A stretch of 62,485 nucleotides of DNA, filler included, from Globobulimina sp. (Eukaryota), in the NCBI GenBank assembly GCA_003354225.1. It is 40 parts of 40 records of this genome, joined end to end, with 100 filler letters (N's around TTAATTAATTAA, not from the genome) between each part and the next. Parts side by side here need not be neighbours in the genome. Positions count along the whole stretch, not along the records: positions 12,528 to 13,992 come from PIVH01016246.1; positions 14,093 to 15,557 come from PIVH01016247.1; positions 15,658 to 17,122 come from PIVH01016248.1; positions 17,223 to 18,687 come from PIVH01016249.1; positions 18,788 to 20,252 come from PIVH01016250.1; positions 20,353 to 21,817 come from PIVH01016251.1; positions 21,918 to 23,382 come from PIVH01016252.1; positions 23,483 to 24,947 come from PIVH01016253.1; 32 more parts are not named here. One strand, given 5' to 3'. The notes beneath the pieces are model-generated. The model was not told where the DNA came from and searched no databases. It saw only the letters and a program-made list of their open reading frames with translations. Made by a program: the position numbers and the translations under genes. Positions 12,791 to 23,771 of this stretch are shown here, piece after piece. Position 1 is the first letter of the stretch. Each line of letters starts with the position of its first letter.

Positions 12791-13992
12791 TTACTGTACT
12801 AAACCGGCAGTGCGTTTTTTGATGCTTTTTGATTTCCCAAAACTCTCTGAATTATTATCTTTCATTTTGGCTGTTATTGTTGGACTTGATAACTTATTAT
12901 GTTTCTCAGCATGTGCCACAACCATAACATCTCTTAATTTGCTGTTAGAACGGATATGGAATTGCGTAGCAAACGTATTACGTTTTGGCGTCGCAACGCG
13001 CGCGATATTGCTCATCGATGTATTGCCATTTTTTATGTTTTTATTACTTTTTATATTTGTGCAAGTCGGTGTGTTGTCAGTAGATGCCATCTCATCCTTA
13101 GTGACAGTGACAAAAACTTTACTGGAATCGCTCGGATTTGCAGTATGGAGAGGTATGTTATTATTGTATACAATGTCTGTGCGTTGCTCTTCAAATTGCA
13201 CCGTTTTTCGTGTGTTATTAAATAAATGCACAGCATCTGCAACTTCTTGATTATTATTACTAGAGTTTTGCACATGATTTGTATTATTTTTATTAAATGA
13301 AAACACCGAATGTAAGGACGGTGCATTGAAACCATTCATATCCAATGGATCATTTAAATATGGATCAATATTATAATTATTTAATTCGATACAATGTTTA
13401 ATATTTTTCTTATACGCAAACTTAACATATTTTTTTATCTTTTTCCACTTTGAATGTGATGATTTGGGGAAATATAACTGTAAAATTTCTTTGATATCAT
13501 CAATATTTATGCTGTAAAACTCGCTCCATGTTTTACATTGAATTCGTAACTTTCTTCGCTTAAACAATATTGCCGAATATTCACCACATACACTGCCACG
13601 CGACAACTCTGCCATTTCTTTGTGATTCTTATCGCATAGCACCGATCTGCCGGTTCTTTGTATATAGAATTCCTTCGCCATATCGCCGACATCATACAAT
13701 TTATATGATTGGTTGCATGAAATCGACTTCGTTTTGACTGCAATTAAACCAATTATAAAATCTGGCAGATTGATATATTGGTTTTTAAAGATATTCAATT
13801 GCTGCAAAAATTGCTTACAAACATAAGTATGAATATCGTGCTGCAGATAGGAAGGCAGTATATTTAATATCTCATTCTCTATAATTTTACAAAAAAAAAA
13901 AAGAAGCAACAAATTAAAAACAAAAAACAAAAAAACATAAAAACACACCATCGAAAACGTAATTGTACGTGCAATGATATCGGATATGTGTC
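12791..13992 (-). CDS. Cyclic-nucleotide-binding-domain ion channel (CNG/EAG/HCN-like), C-linker plus CNBD, partial; intron 13879-13948
   Basis: Spliced YVFDENEILNILPSYLQHDI C-linker; GDMAKEFY and GSVCGEYSAIL...RR CNBD features. Confidence 0.82.
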
Positions 13993-14941
13993 NNNNNNNN
14001 NNNNNNNNNNNNNNNNNNNNNNNNNNNNNNNNNNNNTTAATTAATTAANNNNNNNNNNNNNNNNNNNNNNNNNNNNNNNNNNNNNNNNNNNNTCCTCATT
14101 ACTGTCCATTTATCTTTCCAAGAATGTGAATTATTAAATTCTGGCGATTCCCTTTATTGTGAATATGGAGTCGGAACTTTCAAATCTTCTGAAAATTATC
14201 CTAATGTCACAAATATGGAATTTTTAAATATGTACTCAACCCCTAATTGTAATGTGACTATAATTCCTTCAATGGTTGAATATGTGCGTGTTACGCCGTT
14301 ACAATTTTGCAGTTGTTTGTGTTCCACATCAAATAAGTAAAAAAAGTGTAAATTAGTATGAATAAATTCGCCAATGCTACTTTCAGAACTAATACAAATT
14401 GCGAAAATGAGTATAAAGTGGAAAATTGTGCATTTGCAACAGCGGTGAGTGTGACATTTAAACAATCACTATTTATGGAATATTATTCAATATTAAATCA
14501 CTTTAGAGCACAGCTGCATCGACTACTACTACTATTGAAATTTCCGCTGACATACGTCCCATTTTACCAACCACCCAAAAAACCGTTATACAGATTCGTG
14601 AGGTACTTTTTTACTTTATTCGATTAAAATATTTACTGTTTATATAGTTAGCTTGATTATTTAATTTAGTAAGAACCGATCTTACTAAAAATAGATGACC
14701 CTATGTTTTAAGATTTGCTTTTTCTCTTTTCTAAGCTCAAAAGAACTGAAAATATTTCAAAACAAAAATATAAAAAATTACTTTTTTCTGAAACCCGTCA
14801 TGGGGTTGAACTTGGATTGGACTTGACCCACAACCAAACTGAACAACGTAACAACCAACTACTCCATTCGCACAAGTTGTAATATGGTCTCTAAAAAACG
14901 GATACATTGAGTATAGACCTTTTTCTACACATATATTTCAG

Positions 14942-15494
14942 AAATCTAATGATCTTCGGTCCAATGACCCCGCCCCGTTTATACATCCAGAGCAGCCATC
15001 TGTGCAGACAACCGATCAACCCCCAACACCACCATCTGTAAAGACAACCGATCAACCTCCAACACCACCCACGAGAAAACACATACATGGTAAAAAATTG
15101 TTTGTATATGTGAAAAAGTAGCTAAAATTTATAATTATGACAGCAAATAAATGTGGGAAAAAATGTCATAAAGACAAAAGAGCAACATGTGTAAGACATA
15201 ATGGAGATTACCACTGCAAATGTAAAAATAGACGATATTATACTGTTTTTGATAATGATGGAAACTTTACTAAATGCTCATATATGTAAGGAAATTGTAA
15301 AATGAATACCTACAATTCAGTTTTCAAAAATGCAACATTGCAGACATAATTTCTGTGGAAATTGGACACTACATGGCGTAAATTGTTCAAAGACAGGAGC
15401 GATTTGTGAAAATAGGACTAGCTATTACAAATGTAGTTGCATTGAAGGATATTTGGATAGGAGTCCTACTGGACAAAAAGGAATAATTTGTTAG
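14942..15494 (+). CDS. Small EGF-like-domain protein with Pro/Thr stalk (3 exons; introns 15090-15143 and 15286-15343); absent from the ORF track
   Basis: Manual splicing gives TTDQPPTPP repeats, CGKKCHKDKRATCVRHNGDYHCKC...C and FCGNW...NCSKTGAICENRTSYYKCSCIEGYLDRSPTGQKGIIC. Confidence 0.8.
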
Positions 15495-16877
15495 TACAAA
15501 AACTCATCATACAAGATAGATCATGCTTAGCATTTTTAGTTTGTTGCAACATTTTTCNNNNNNNNNNNNNNNNNNNNNNNNNNNNNNNNNNNNNNNNNNN
15601 NTTAATTAATTAANNNNNNNNNNNNNNNNNNNNNNNNNNNNNNNNNNNNNNNNNNNNTATACAAAAATCTGAAAGTTATACTTTTTTATAATGGTTGTGT
15701 AAAAGAACAAGTTTGATGAGTAATATACAATTATTTATATACAGTAAATATAACTGGTATAAAATTTAAAATTATTAAACATAAACAAATAATCCATTTT
15801 TTGATTTTTTGACTTTGCTGCAAATTTACATATTAATTACCAATTTTGTTATATATGTTATAGATTAAATATTTGTAAGTATTTTATTCACTGTTTTAAA
15901 ATACGTTACATAAAGTTTTTCTCTTTTTTCTTTTTTAATATTATACCAATATATACTTATTATTTTGTTTTTGTTTTTTTTGAGAAACTTTTCTTTTTTT
16001 TTCTCTTCTTTCTCCACCTTTTAACATTTATTTTCTTTTTTTTATATATATCTTTTGTTATGTTAGTTGGACACTGGTAATAAATGTAAAGTAACAATGC
16101 ATCACACTTTCTTTACATTTATTAAATAGAACAACTCCACTTGGTGTTAGCTTTTGCTTTAAACACGTCTTATTACAATTTATTGTTATGACGATTAAAC
16201 ACTGTCCCTATTTTGGGTAAAATCGAGTGTCTATTTAATTAAATTTGAAAGTGTCTTGTATTTAATACGCTCACACACCCCGTAAAAAAAAAAGATATAA
16301 AAGCTAATACTGAGGTGTTCGATAAGATCAGTGTCAAAAAAAAAACCTTTTCGAAAAGAGCAAAAAAATCAGTACTTATCGGAGAGCCCTAATGTCGACA
16401 AAATCATATGTTTGTAAAAAGGTACGATGAAGATACTAGTAACTTGCGTTTCTGTTTCTACGCAATTTTTATGTCACAGAAAATAAACTGCGTTAGTAAA
16501 AGCTCTACTCTATTAAACTTCTTTTACAATACAGATAAGATTATCATGAGCCATGATTCTCTACGTCGCAACCAAGAGTATATGGGATATGGTGCTTTGT
16601 CCGGATTATTCCGTGAATCACAAGCGCAGCCACCACATACCTACCAACGAGATTTAAATAGATTGCGTCAATGGCAACAAGCAAGTTCAGTGTCGTTTAT
16701 TTCCCCGCACAGCAACAACAATTTTTTTATTTAAATGCAGATGCAGAACGTGATACCATTCAGCACGAAATGTTCAAATATCTGTCTACCGCATTGCATG
16801 CCTTACAGCATGTTTTTATTTACAAACTGACGCCAAAATTCAATTTCTTAAAATCCAAATGTAAATCCATAACAAAT

Positions 16878-17122
16878 CACATGGACACTGCCTCTTTATG
16901 TGTCATCATATTTGCTTTATTCACCTTATCCATCATTTTCCTGTCACGATTTATCGTCGATTATGAAGATATAAACCATCTGTCTCCAATCGACAGCAAT
17001 ATCGCATCCAACATAGATATTATGATCAATCAGAATAAATCGACAGAAAATATTAATGCCCGGCCTCCTATCAATGATATTGTGGTCGAAGAATTTGATA
17101 CCATCGATAACTTATTTCAACC
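16878..17122 (+). CDS. N-terminus of a probable type II membrane protein, 3'-truncated
   Basis: DTASLCVIIFALFTLSIIFLSRF signal-anchor followed by a polar stem. Confidence 0.35.
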
Positions 17123-17222
17123 NNNNNNNNNNNNNNNNNNNNNNNNNNNNNNNNNNNNNNNNNNNNTTAATTAATTAANNNNNNNNNNNNNNNNNNNNNN
17201 NNNNNNNNNNNNNNNNNNNNNN

Positions 17223-18687
17223 AGATTGTGCCAATATTCATATCCATCCAATACGTACTTAACCATTACGGCGGAGCCAATAGCGACCGCAAAGGCGTTC
17301 TCTTCGAAATCGGCACTGGAGAGGGAAAGTCCGTGGTGGTCATACTGATGGCAGCTATGCAGTGTTTGTTATTTGATCAGGTCATCGACGTAACAACGAG
17401 CCAGACCTTATTGGCGGAGCGAGAAGCTGAAGAAAGCACGGAATTCTTCAAAATGTTAAGTTTAGGAAAGGATGGCGCGGCTTACATTGATCAGAATAGT
17501 TCGGAAGAGACTCGTTATGAAAATTATCGCGCAAAAGTTGTATATTCCACTGCACATAACTACGAATGTGATTTTTTACACAAAGAATCTGGCAAAAAAT
17601 CACAAATTGATTGTCGCGGAAATAGACAGTTTGCAGTAAACATTGTGGACGAAGTGGACAATTCCTTCATTGATTTAGCATTGCAATCCACGCAACTTTC
17701 ATCGCCAACGCCCGGATTCAAAGATATCAACAAAATTTTATTTATCATTTTTTCCAGAATGAGATATGCGATCTGCACATTGGGACGGCCGTACATTGTG
17801 GACGGTTCCTTGTATTTTATGCCTGTTTCAGCCACACACCATCAAATTGACATAATTTCGCAAATCGAACAAAGCATTGCCAAGAAGGTATGCGTTGGGA
17901 CGGTCATTGCAAACCAATTGTTGGTGTATTATAAAGATGAGAAAGAAAAAGCAATCGAGTTACTGAATGAATATGGATTAGTTACCAATGGTTTTAGTTA
18001 TAAGAAGTTAATTGGACGCATAAATCTGTTGAGAAAGGAAAATGGAAAGTTATTCCTGCAGTTAATATCAAATAAGTGCATATTCGGTATTACTACATTG
18101 GTTATGTCGAAAAGAGCGGACGTGACGAGCGGTAATGAAGAGGTTGACTTTTATTGTTATTTTCAAGACGGTGCTATGATAACAGATAATATTTCCGTGT
18201 GCGGCTTTGAAGGCTATGTAGCAATGCAATTAGTGGCCAGTTCTGATATCGATTGGAATCATTTAATGTGTATAATAAAATCCAATGATAATTCGTATGA
18301 GAAGTTAATTAAAGATAATACGCGTTGTGCATTGCATGCATATATTGCGAATTCTGCGGCGTTGCCCTCCTTTGTGAGCTGTGTAGTGACGGATAGATTG
18401 GATATATGGATTGATTCCTGTTGGACGGCGTTATTTTATTACCAAGAAAAAAGGGATTACATTGTGGAAGAGGATAGGAATAAAATATTAACAGTGGACC
18501 GCAATAATACCGGTTGTATTCAGCATAAAATGAAACTTCGTGACGGATTGCACGAATTTCTGCAAATTAAACATGGATTAAAAATGTCTACCATTGGCAC
18601 TGCGGCGAATATTGTCACACATTCGTTTTATTTCAATTTATTTGATCACATTTACGGATTAACGGGCACTTTGGGGGGCGACCGGGA
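17223..18687 (+). CDS. SecA-like DEAD-domain ATPase (divergent, non-canonical), internal fragment
   Basis: EIGTGEGKS (Walker A), DVTTS..LAERE, IVDEVD (Walker B), RDYIV, GLHEFLQIKHGL and GLTGT in SecA order. Confidence 0.88.
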
Positions 18688-18918
18688 NNNNNNNNNNNNN
18701 NNNNNNNNNNNNNNNNNNNNNNNNNNNNNNNTTAATTAATTAANNNNNNNNNNNNNNNNNNNNNNNNNNNNNNNNNNNNNNNNNNNNGGGGTTATCTTTT
18801 GGACAACACAAACAAACTTAAATTTTGCAATTTACAAAGTGAAAAAAGAAGAAAAAAATACAAAAATTATTTTAACAATGCAACAAGTAATCATTTATAC
18901 TATATATCACAGTACCAA

Positions 18919-20252
18919 TTACCACAATGGACACCACCCTAAATATGCTTGCGCCAAATTTTCATGCGACGTAGCTTGTAATATTAATTTATTCACTTGT
19001 TCATTCACAGTATATTCCCTCTTATCCATATCATAAAAATCTCTCCCTTTCAATTTCTGCGACACTCTTTTCAATACATCCACTGCCTTCTCATTCAAAT
19101 CCGAATTGGCGCCGCCCACTAACTGCGATATGAATGTCTTTGATAATAAGGTGCCAACCACTGCCTTCTCTGCAAAATCCACAGCACCCGATTTATTGGA
19201 AGAGTGCAACGAATTGTTATTATTGTTCTGATTGTTTTTATCGTTTTGCTGTTGCTGTTGTTCACCAATTCCTAATCTCCAATTAATCAACGGATCGTAG
19301 GCAAAGGCTTCCAACACTGCTTGGATGGACTCCTTATTCTCGCGAATTAGCCTCATGACCAACTGACAGGTGATCCGAAAGTTGCCCTCAATGCCGGATA
19401 TCTCCATCGCTTCCACCAACATTCTGGTTAAGCGGAAGGGAAACTTTTCGGGGAACTTATCCCTTTGCATCGCCACTTCGAAGCAATCCCCAAAGTCGAT
19501 ATGGATCAATTTGCCGGTAAACCGGTCCAACATGAAATTGCTCGGATGTCTGTCCCCGAGGCCCAGGATATAGCCCACCATCGACATCACCGCCAACGAC
19601 CGCGTATATTCCGTTCTTTTTTCCAACCAAATCTCCGCATTTGCCGATTTCAGCCACAACATTTTCGCCAAATCCTGGCCAGTCGTGTTCCGCAGCGCAT
19701 ATTCAAACACCTCCACTTTTTTCATCACCGGCAACTCGGCAAAGTCCGGCGCCATTTGCAGCATTAAGCGGTTCTCGATGTTGACCACAATCTTCTTGCT
19801 CTCGCGGTAGTCTTTGATCAATGCGTGGATGGTGTCGCAGTTTGGAACCCATTCCAAGATCCCCGTGGTGGGCGACAGCGGTATGATGGCATAGCCGCGA
19901 ATGAAGAGATCCTTTATCTTCGTAGAGATGTTATTGCTGAGCAACGTGTTGACCAATCCAAATAATTGCATCACCCGCTCATCCAAACGCAAATCCTCAT
20001 GGCCTTTCAACAAAAACGTATATTCCAAGCCATTGTTGCCTAAAATGCCCAGTCTCCGCGGTCTTTGCTTGGATTCCATCACTTTCAAAGTCCGCACAAA
20101 TCGATTGATCGATATCGTATCTCCGCGGGTTTTGTGCGCAGCGCTGTACGTTCCGGGCACGGCCAGTTCCAAATTGGCGGCATTTTCCAGATTGGGAGAG
20201 ATGTACTGCAGCTCCAAATAATTCAAGTTTGCCAAATTCTTATTGATATTCC
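18919..20252 (-). CDS. TOR: Target of rapamycin kinase, catalytic plus FATC domains (C-terminal fragment)
   Basis: [57 protein letters not shown] and [18 protein letters not shown]. Confidence 0.98.
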
Positions 20253-20352
20253 NNNNNNNNNNNNNNNNNNNNNNNNNNNNNNNNNNNNNNNNNNNNTTAA
20301 TTAATTAANNNNNNNNNNNNNNNNNNNNNNNNNNNNNNNNNNNNNNNNNNNN

Positions 20353-21183
20353 TATCATCAAAGCTGGGTCAATTTGATGATCTGAACGACCAATCATAAC
20401 ATACGCTGTATGGCCAGTATTACGCATTTTGCTGTTTTGCAAAATTAACTGAACGCCATGGAATGTATCCTGATTTACGGAGTTATTATTGGGAACAATG
20501 ATAAATTCACTTAAATCTGATGGATCTTTGATTTTATGAAATAAAATGATATCACATTTGCGAATACCATATGTATGATTATCTTTTTTGTACGGATGGA
20601 AAGTTTCTCCTATCCGTATACCAGTAACAGCCATAACATTCACAGCAACTAAACTCATTCGAATGTGCATACAAAAAGGATAAAAAATAACTTCTTCGCG
20701 AACAATCAAATAATGCTTTGCAGCCAAAATAAATTCCTTTGATGATTTATTTGCTTTGTAATATAAAAATTTGTTACAAACAATTCTGTTGAATCTAATT
20801 AAATGATCGCGGAGAAAAGGAATAGCTGAGTCGTTTGGATCTGATTTGTTTTGTCTTTTGCCATAATCCACCAAATTCATTAATGACGGATTAGTTGACC
20901 ATGATGTCGGAGTCATGGCTAATTTATTAAAATGATCCACAGCACATAATTTGTAGCGTACTGTGTTCCATTTATTCACTCTTTTACGAACCCACAGACA
21001 ATCAATCATCCAAACCATTAAAAATATATCTTTTGTCGGGAATTGAAGAAATTCTGATTTGGGTATATTGAGTCGAGACATCGTGTTACAAAATTCAAAA
21101 TAATTCGATGTGTATGTATCATCCGTCGAAAGTTTAATACCTCTCGACATCATCTGCTCTAAACCCAAAGCATGAACTGGCAA
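20353..21183 (-). CDS. Tyrosine recombinase (core-binding domain plus first catalytic Arg), 3'-truncated
   Basis: STDDTYTSNYFEF and TVRYKLCAVDHF helices, AVTGIRIGE (box I Arg), LQNSK and DPALMI. Confidence 0.8.
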
Positions 21184-21292
21184 TCTCTGCCATATATTGT
21201 GAGTATAATTTGAATTTCGTGCACGACCTAAAATGATTTGTATATACTAATAAGTTGTTAAAGTTGATTATAATATGTATTGTCAATGTAAA

Positions 21293-21817
21293 TCATAAAA
21301 ATGATATGTCTGGGTACTGGAAAGGAGTCGGTGCGTTGTCAAAATCTGTTAAATTACGTGATTTGCAATGTGATAGAAACTTAGCTATATCAAAACGTGA
21401 TAGATCATCAGCATATAAATTCTCTTTTGTTTTAATGTAATTAATTTTGACTCTTAACTTATATTCAAAACAAAACCAAACTGTCCAACGAATACAGTCC
21501 ATTAGAAACATATCGTCAGTATTCTTGCTAATAAATATTGATTCACAGTGTTGGTTATCACATCGGAGATTTATATTGATATTCGGATTGAAGAAATGCT
21601 GAAATGTATGCAATGCAGCAACAATCGCTAACGCTTCAAAGTGCGCAATATGTTGTTCTTGAGAATATAATATTGATTTATCTGAATCTAGATATTTATA
21701 ATAAATATCCATAAATTGTATTGGAACTGTATCAAATGACCAATGTCCATTGCAATAAGCACCAATACCAGGCTGCCAATTAGGTCTCTCTCCATTTGTC
21801 GCACCATCAGTATATAG
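21293..21817 (-). CDS. RNase H domain of the DIRS-type pol, 5'-truncated
   Basis: LYTDG...HIAHFEALAI...LRCDNQ...YIKTKENLYADDLSR gives the D-E-D-D tetrad. Confidence 0.88.
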   Translation of the reverse strand, partial: LYTDGATNGERPNWQPGIGAYCNGHWSFDTVPIQFMDIYYKYLDSDKSILYSQEQHIAHFEALAIVAALHTFQHFFNPNININLRCDNQHCESIFISKNTDDMFLMDCIRWTVWFCFEYKLRVKINYIKTKENLYADDLSRFDIAKFLSHCKSRNLTDFDNAPTPFQYPDISFL

Positions 21818-21917
21818 NNNNNNNNNNNNNNNNNNNNNNNNNNNNNNNNNNNNNNNNNNNNTTAATTAATTAANNNNNNNNNNNNNNNNNNNNNNNNNNN
21901 NNNNNNNNNNNNNNNNN

Positions 21918-22907
21918 CATTCGATTGATATAAAAATACTCAATAAAGGTAGAACAAGAAGATCGAATTACAATAAAACTATGGCAAATATGAATGAATC
22001 AAATGAATACATTAATGATGAACAAAAATTATCTGGTTTCGAAGAAGTTTATCAAAAAAATAATATTGATCCGTTATTATTAAATAATCCAACATTGTTT
22101 AAGATTTTAGAAGATGAAAGAACTAACCCAGATACGTGGGATAACTTACATGGTTGTAGAAAAGGACGACATGCATTTGAAGATAATTATAAAAATAAAC
22201 AAAAACAAAAAGAACCTGCATTATATCAGAGAACAGCAGGTCTATTAGGACATAAAACACAAGATAATTTTATTATATATTTAGAAGAGGAAGTGTATAG
22301 AGAAACACCAACAGGTGTTATTATGACTACAACCTCATTCTTCACTTCAAACCCAATCACTATTGACTTTGCAGAACGCATTAATGGCTGGGGGTATGAC
22401 ATGATGTGCTGTTTATATCCTCGTATGCGAACATTAATAAATTATAAATTATTACCACAGAGAGAGATTTCATTTTTGGTACAGATATTGGAATATTTAT
22501 TTGTAGACAGATTTCATGTCCAAACACATACTAATTCATTATGTCAAAAAGTTGGTGGGTTGTTGCATCCATTTTTAGCTAAGTTCAAAGGTATCTTGTA
22601 TGGTATTGAGTTAAAAAAAAACAATGATTCATGTTGTGAGCAACAATGGAAAGATACGAACAGAATACGTTTTGCAAAGGGTTTGAAAAGAAGCAACAGT
22701 TGTATTTATTGGTACGCATATCGCAAAAGACATAATAACAGAAACATGCGTAAACTACAGAAAGAAGGATATACATTTATTCCAATATCAGGAGTATCGA
22801 AGGTAAGAAACTTATCTCTGACGAAAACTACAACAGACTTACCATCTACATCAGATTTATTAACTCAATCTAAATATCAACAGCTCAAAGTGCCACGAAT
22901 ATTGTAG
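21918..22907 (+). CDS. KDZ (Kyakuja-Dileera-Zisupton) superfamily transposase, C-terminal part; frame is open to the contig edge
   Basis: RTAGLL...E, GYDMMCCLY, FVDRFHVQTHTNSLC and NDSCCEQQW match KDZ YD-x2-C, FH-x3-H-x4-C and EQ-x-W motifs. Confidence 0.78.
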   Translation, partial: HSIDIKILNKGRTRRSNYNKTMANMNESNEYINDEQKLSGFEEVYQKNNIDPLLLNNPTLFKILEDERTNPDTWDNLHGCRKGRHAFEDNYKNKQKQKEPALYQRTAGLLGHKTQDNFIIYLEEEVYRETPTGVIMTTTSFFTSNPITIDFAERINGWGYDMMCCLYPRMRTLINYKLLPQREISFLVQILEYLFVDRFHVQTHTNSLCQKVGGLLHPFLAKFKGILYGIELKKNNDSCCEQQWKDTNRIRFAKGLKRSNSCIYWYAYRKRHNNRNMRKLQKEGYTFIPISGVSKVRNLSLTKTTTDLPSTSDLLTQSKYQQLKVPRIL

Positions 22908-22932
22908 CTTGTTTTTTGAATCGTTTTCAGTA

Positions 22933-23016
22933 TACAGTAGTGTTCCCGATACGATGTACGTATAGTATCCAATAATTGACCAGTTAAACGTATATCTTAT
23001 CGGAAACACTACTGTA
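22933..23016. mobile_element. 80-bp MITE-like hairpin with 27-bp TIRs flanked by TA
   Basis: TACAGTAGTGTTCCCGATACGATGTACGT ... ACGTATATCTTATCGGAAACACTACTGTA pair at 26 of 29 positions around a 26-bp loop. Confidence 0.6.
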
Positions 23017-23034
23017 TTCAAAATTTCATTTTAA

Positions 23035-23382
23035 TTCAAGTGCATTCATTGTCACTCATTGTCAGTAGATATTCAAGTGCATTCATTTGTACTACAGTTT
23101 TCAAGTGCATTAGATATTCAAGTGTATTCATTTGAACTACCTAAAAGCTGAGCCTCACAATTGCACAAAAGCCTCAAAATTGCACATTTTAGAGATAGAG
23201 CTCACGGGAAATACTAAAAATGAAAAGCCTCAAAATTGCACATTTTAGAGATAGAGCTCATGAGAAATACTAAAAAAATGAAAAGCCTCAAAATTGCACA
23301 AAAGCCTCAAAATTGCACATTTTACAGATAGAGCTCACGGGAAATAATGAAAAGTCTCAAAATTGCACAAAAGCCTCAAAAT
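23035..23382 (+). repeat. Composite tandem repeats: TTCAAGTGCATT units, then a 19-bp AAAAGCCTCAAAATTGCAC unit interleaved with a near-identical ~37-bp unit
   Basis: Seen directly; about 7 copies of the 19-mer running to the contig edge. Confidence 0.9.
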
Positions 23383-23482
23383 NNNNNNNNNNNNNNNNNN
23401 NNNNNNNNNNNNNNNNNNNNNNNNNNTTAATTAATTAANNNNNNNNNNNNNNNNNNNNNNNNNNNNNNNNNNNNNNNNNNNN

Positions 23483-23769
23483 CGTCCATCAGAGATTTGC
23501 AAAAGGAGGATGAAATAGTTGTTATCCTCAACGAGAAACTTGGAAACCAAAAATCCTTATTACTGATGAGTGTTGCCACTACTAACCTCATCGTTTTGGA
23601 TTCCCGATCAACGCCTGCACGGAAAATTATGGATGCTGATTTGTTAGTGGAGGAGTTCAAACTCCCTTCTGTCCAGTTTGTTTTAAACAGATATGGTTAC
23701 TATCCAAATCTTATATCGGAATTGCTTAATTACTCAAAGAAACTTCTTAGAAAAGCAAAAAAACACTAG
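23483..23769 (+). CDS. C-terminus of a bacterial Wzc/GumC-like exopolysaccharide protein
   Basis: NLIVLDSRSTP...QFVLNR tail; ends 2 bp upstream of a flippase, with operon-like spacing. Confidence 0.5.
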
Positions 23770-23771
23770 TA

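Larger units (their letters stand above)
20353..21817 (-). mobile_element. DIRS-order (tyrosine-recombinase) retrotransposon fragment
   Basis: DIRS-type RNase H immediately followed on the same strand by a tyrosine recombinase ORF. Confidence 0.85.

Noticed and set aside
19370-20304. Antisense and alternate-frame ORFs over TOR, and likewise over the Kelch, kinase, GPAT and RT genes
   Set aside because: These are shadow ORFs of GC-richer coding sequence with no independent motifs.
17223-23382. Apparent cluster of SecA-like ATPase, TOR, recombinase, RNase H and transposase as one system
   Set aside because: The genes lie on four separate contigs ordered only by length, so adjacency is meaningless.
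23150-23382. 19-bp repeats with ~37-bp intervening units as a CRISPR array
   Set aside because: The intervening units are near-identical to each other, some repeats are directly adjacent, and there are no cas genes.
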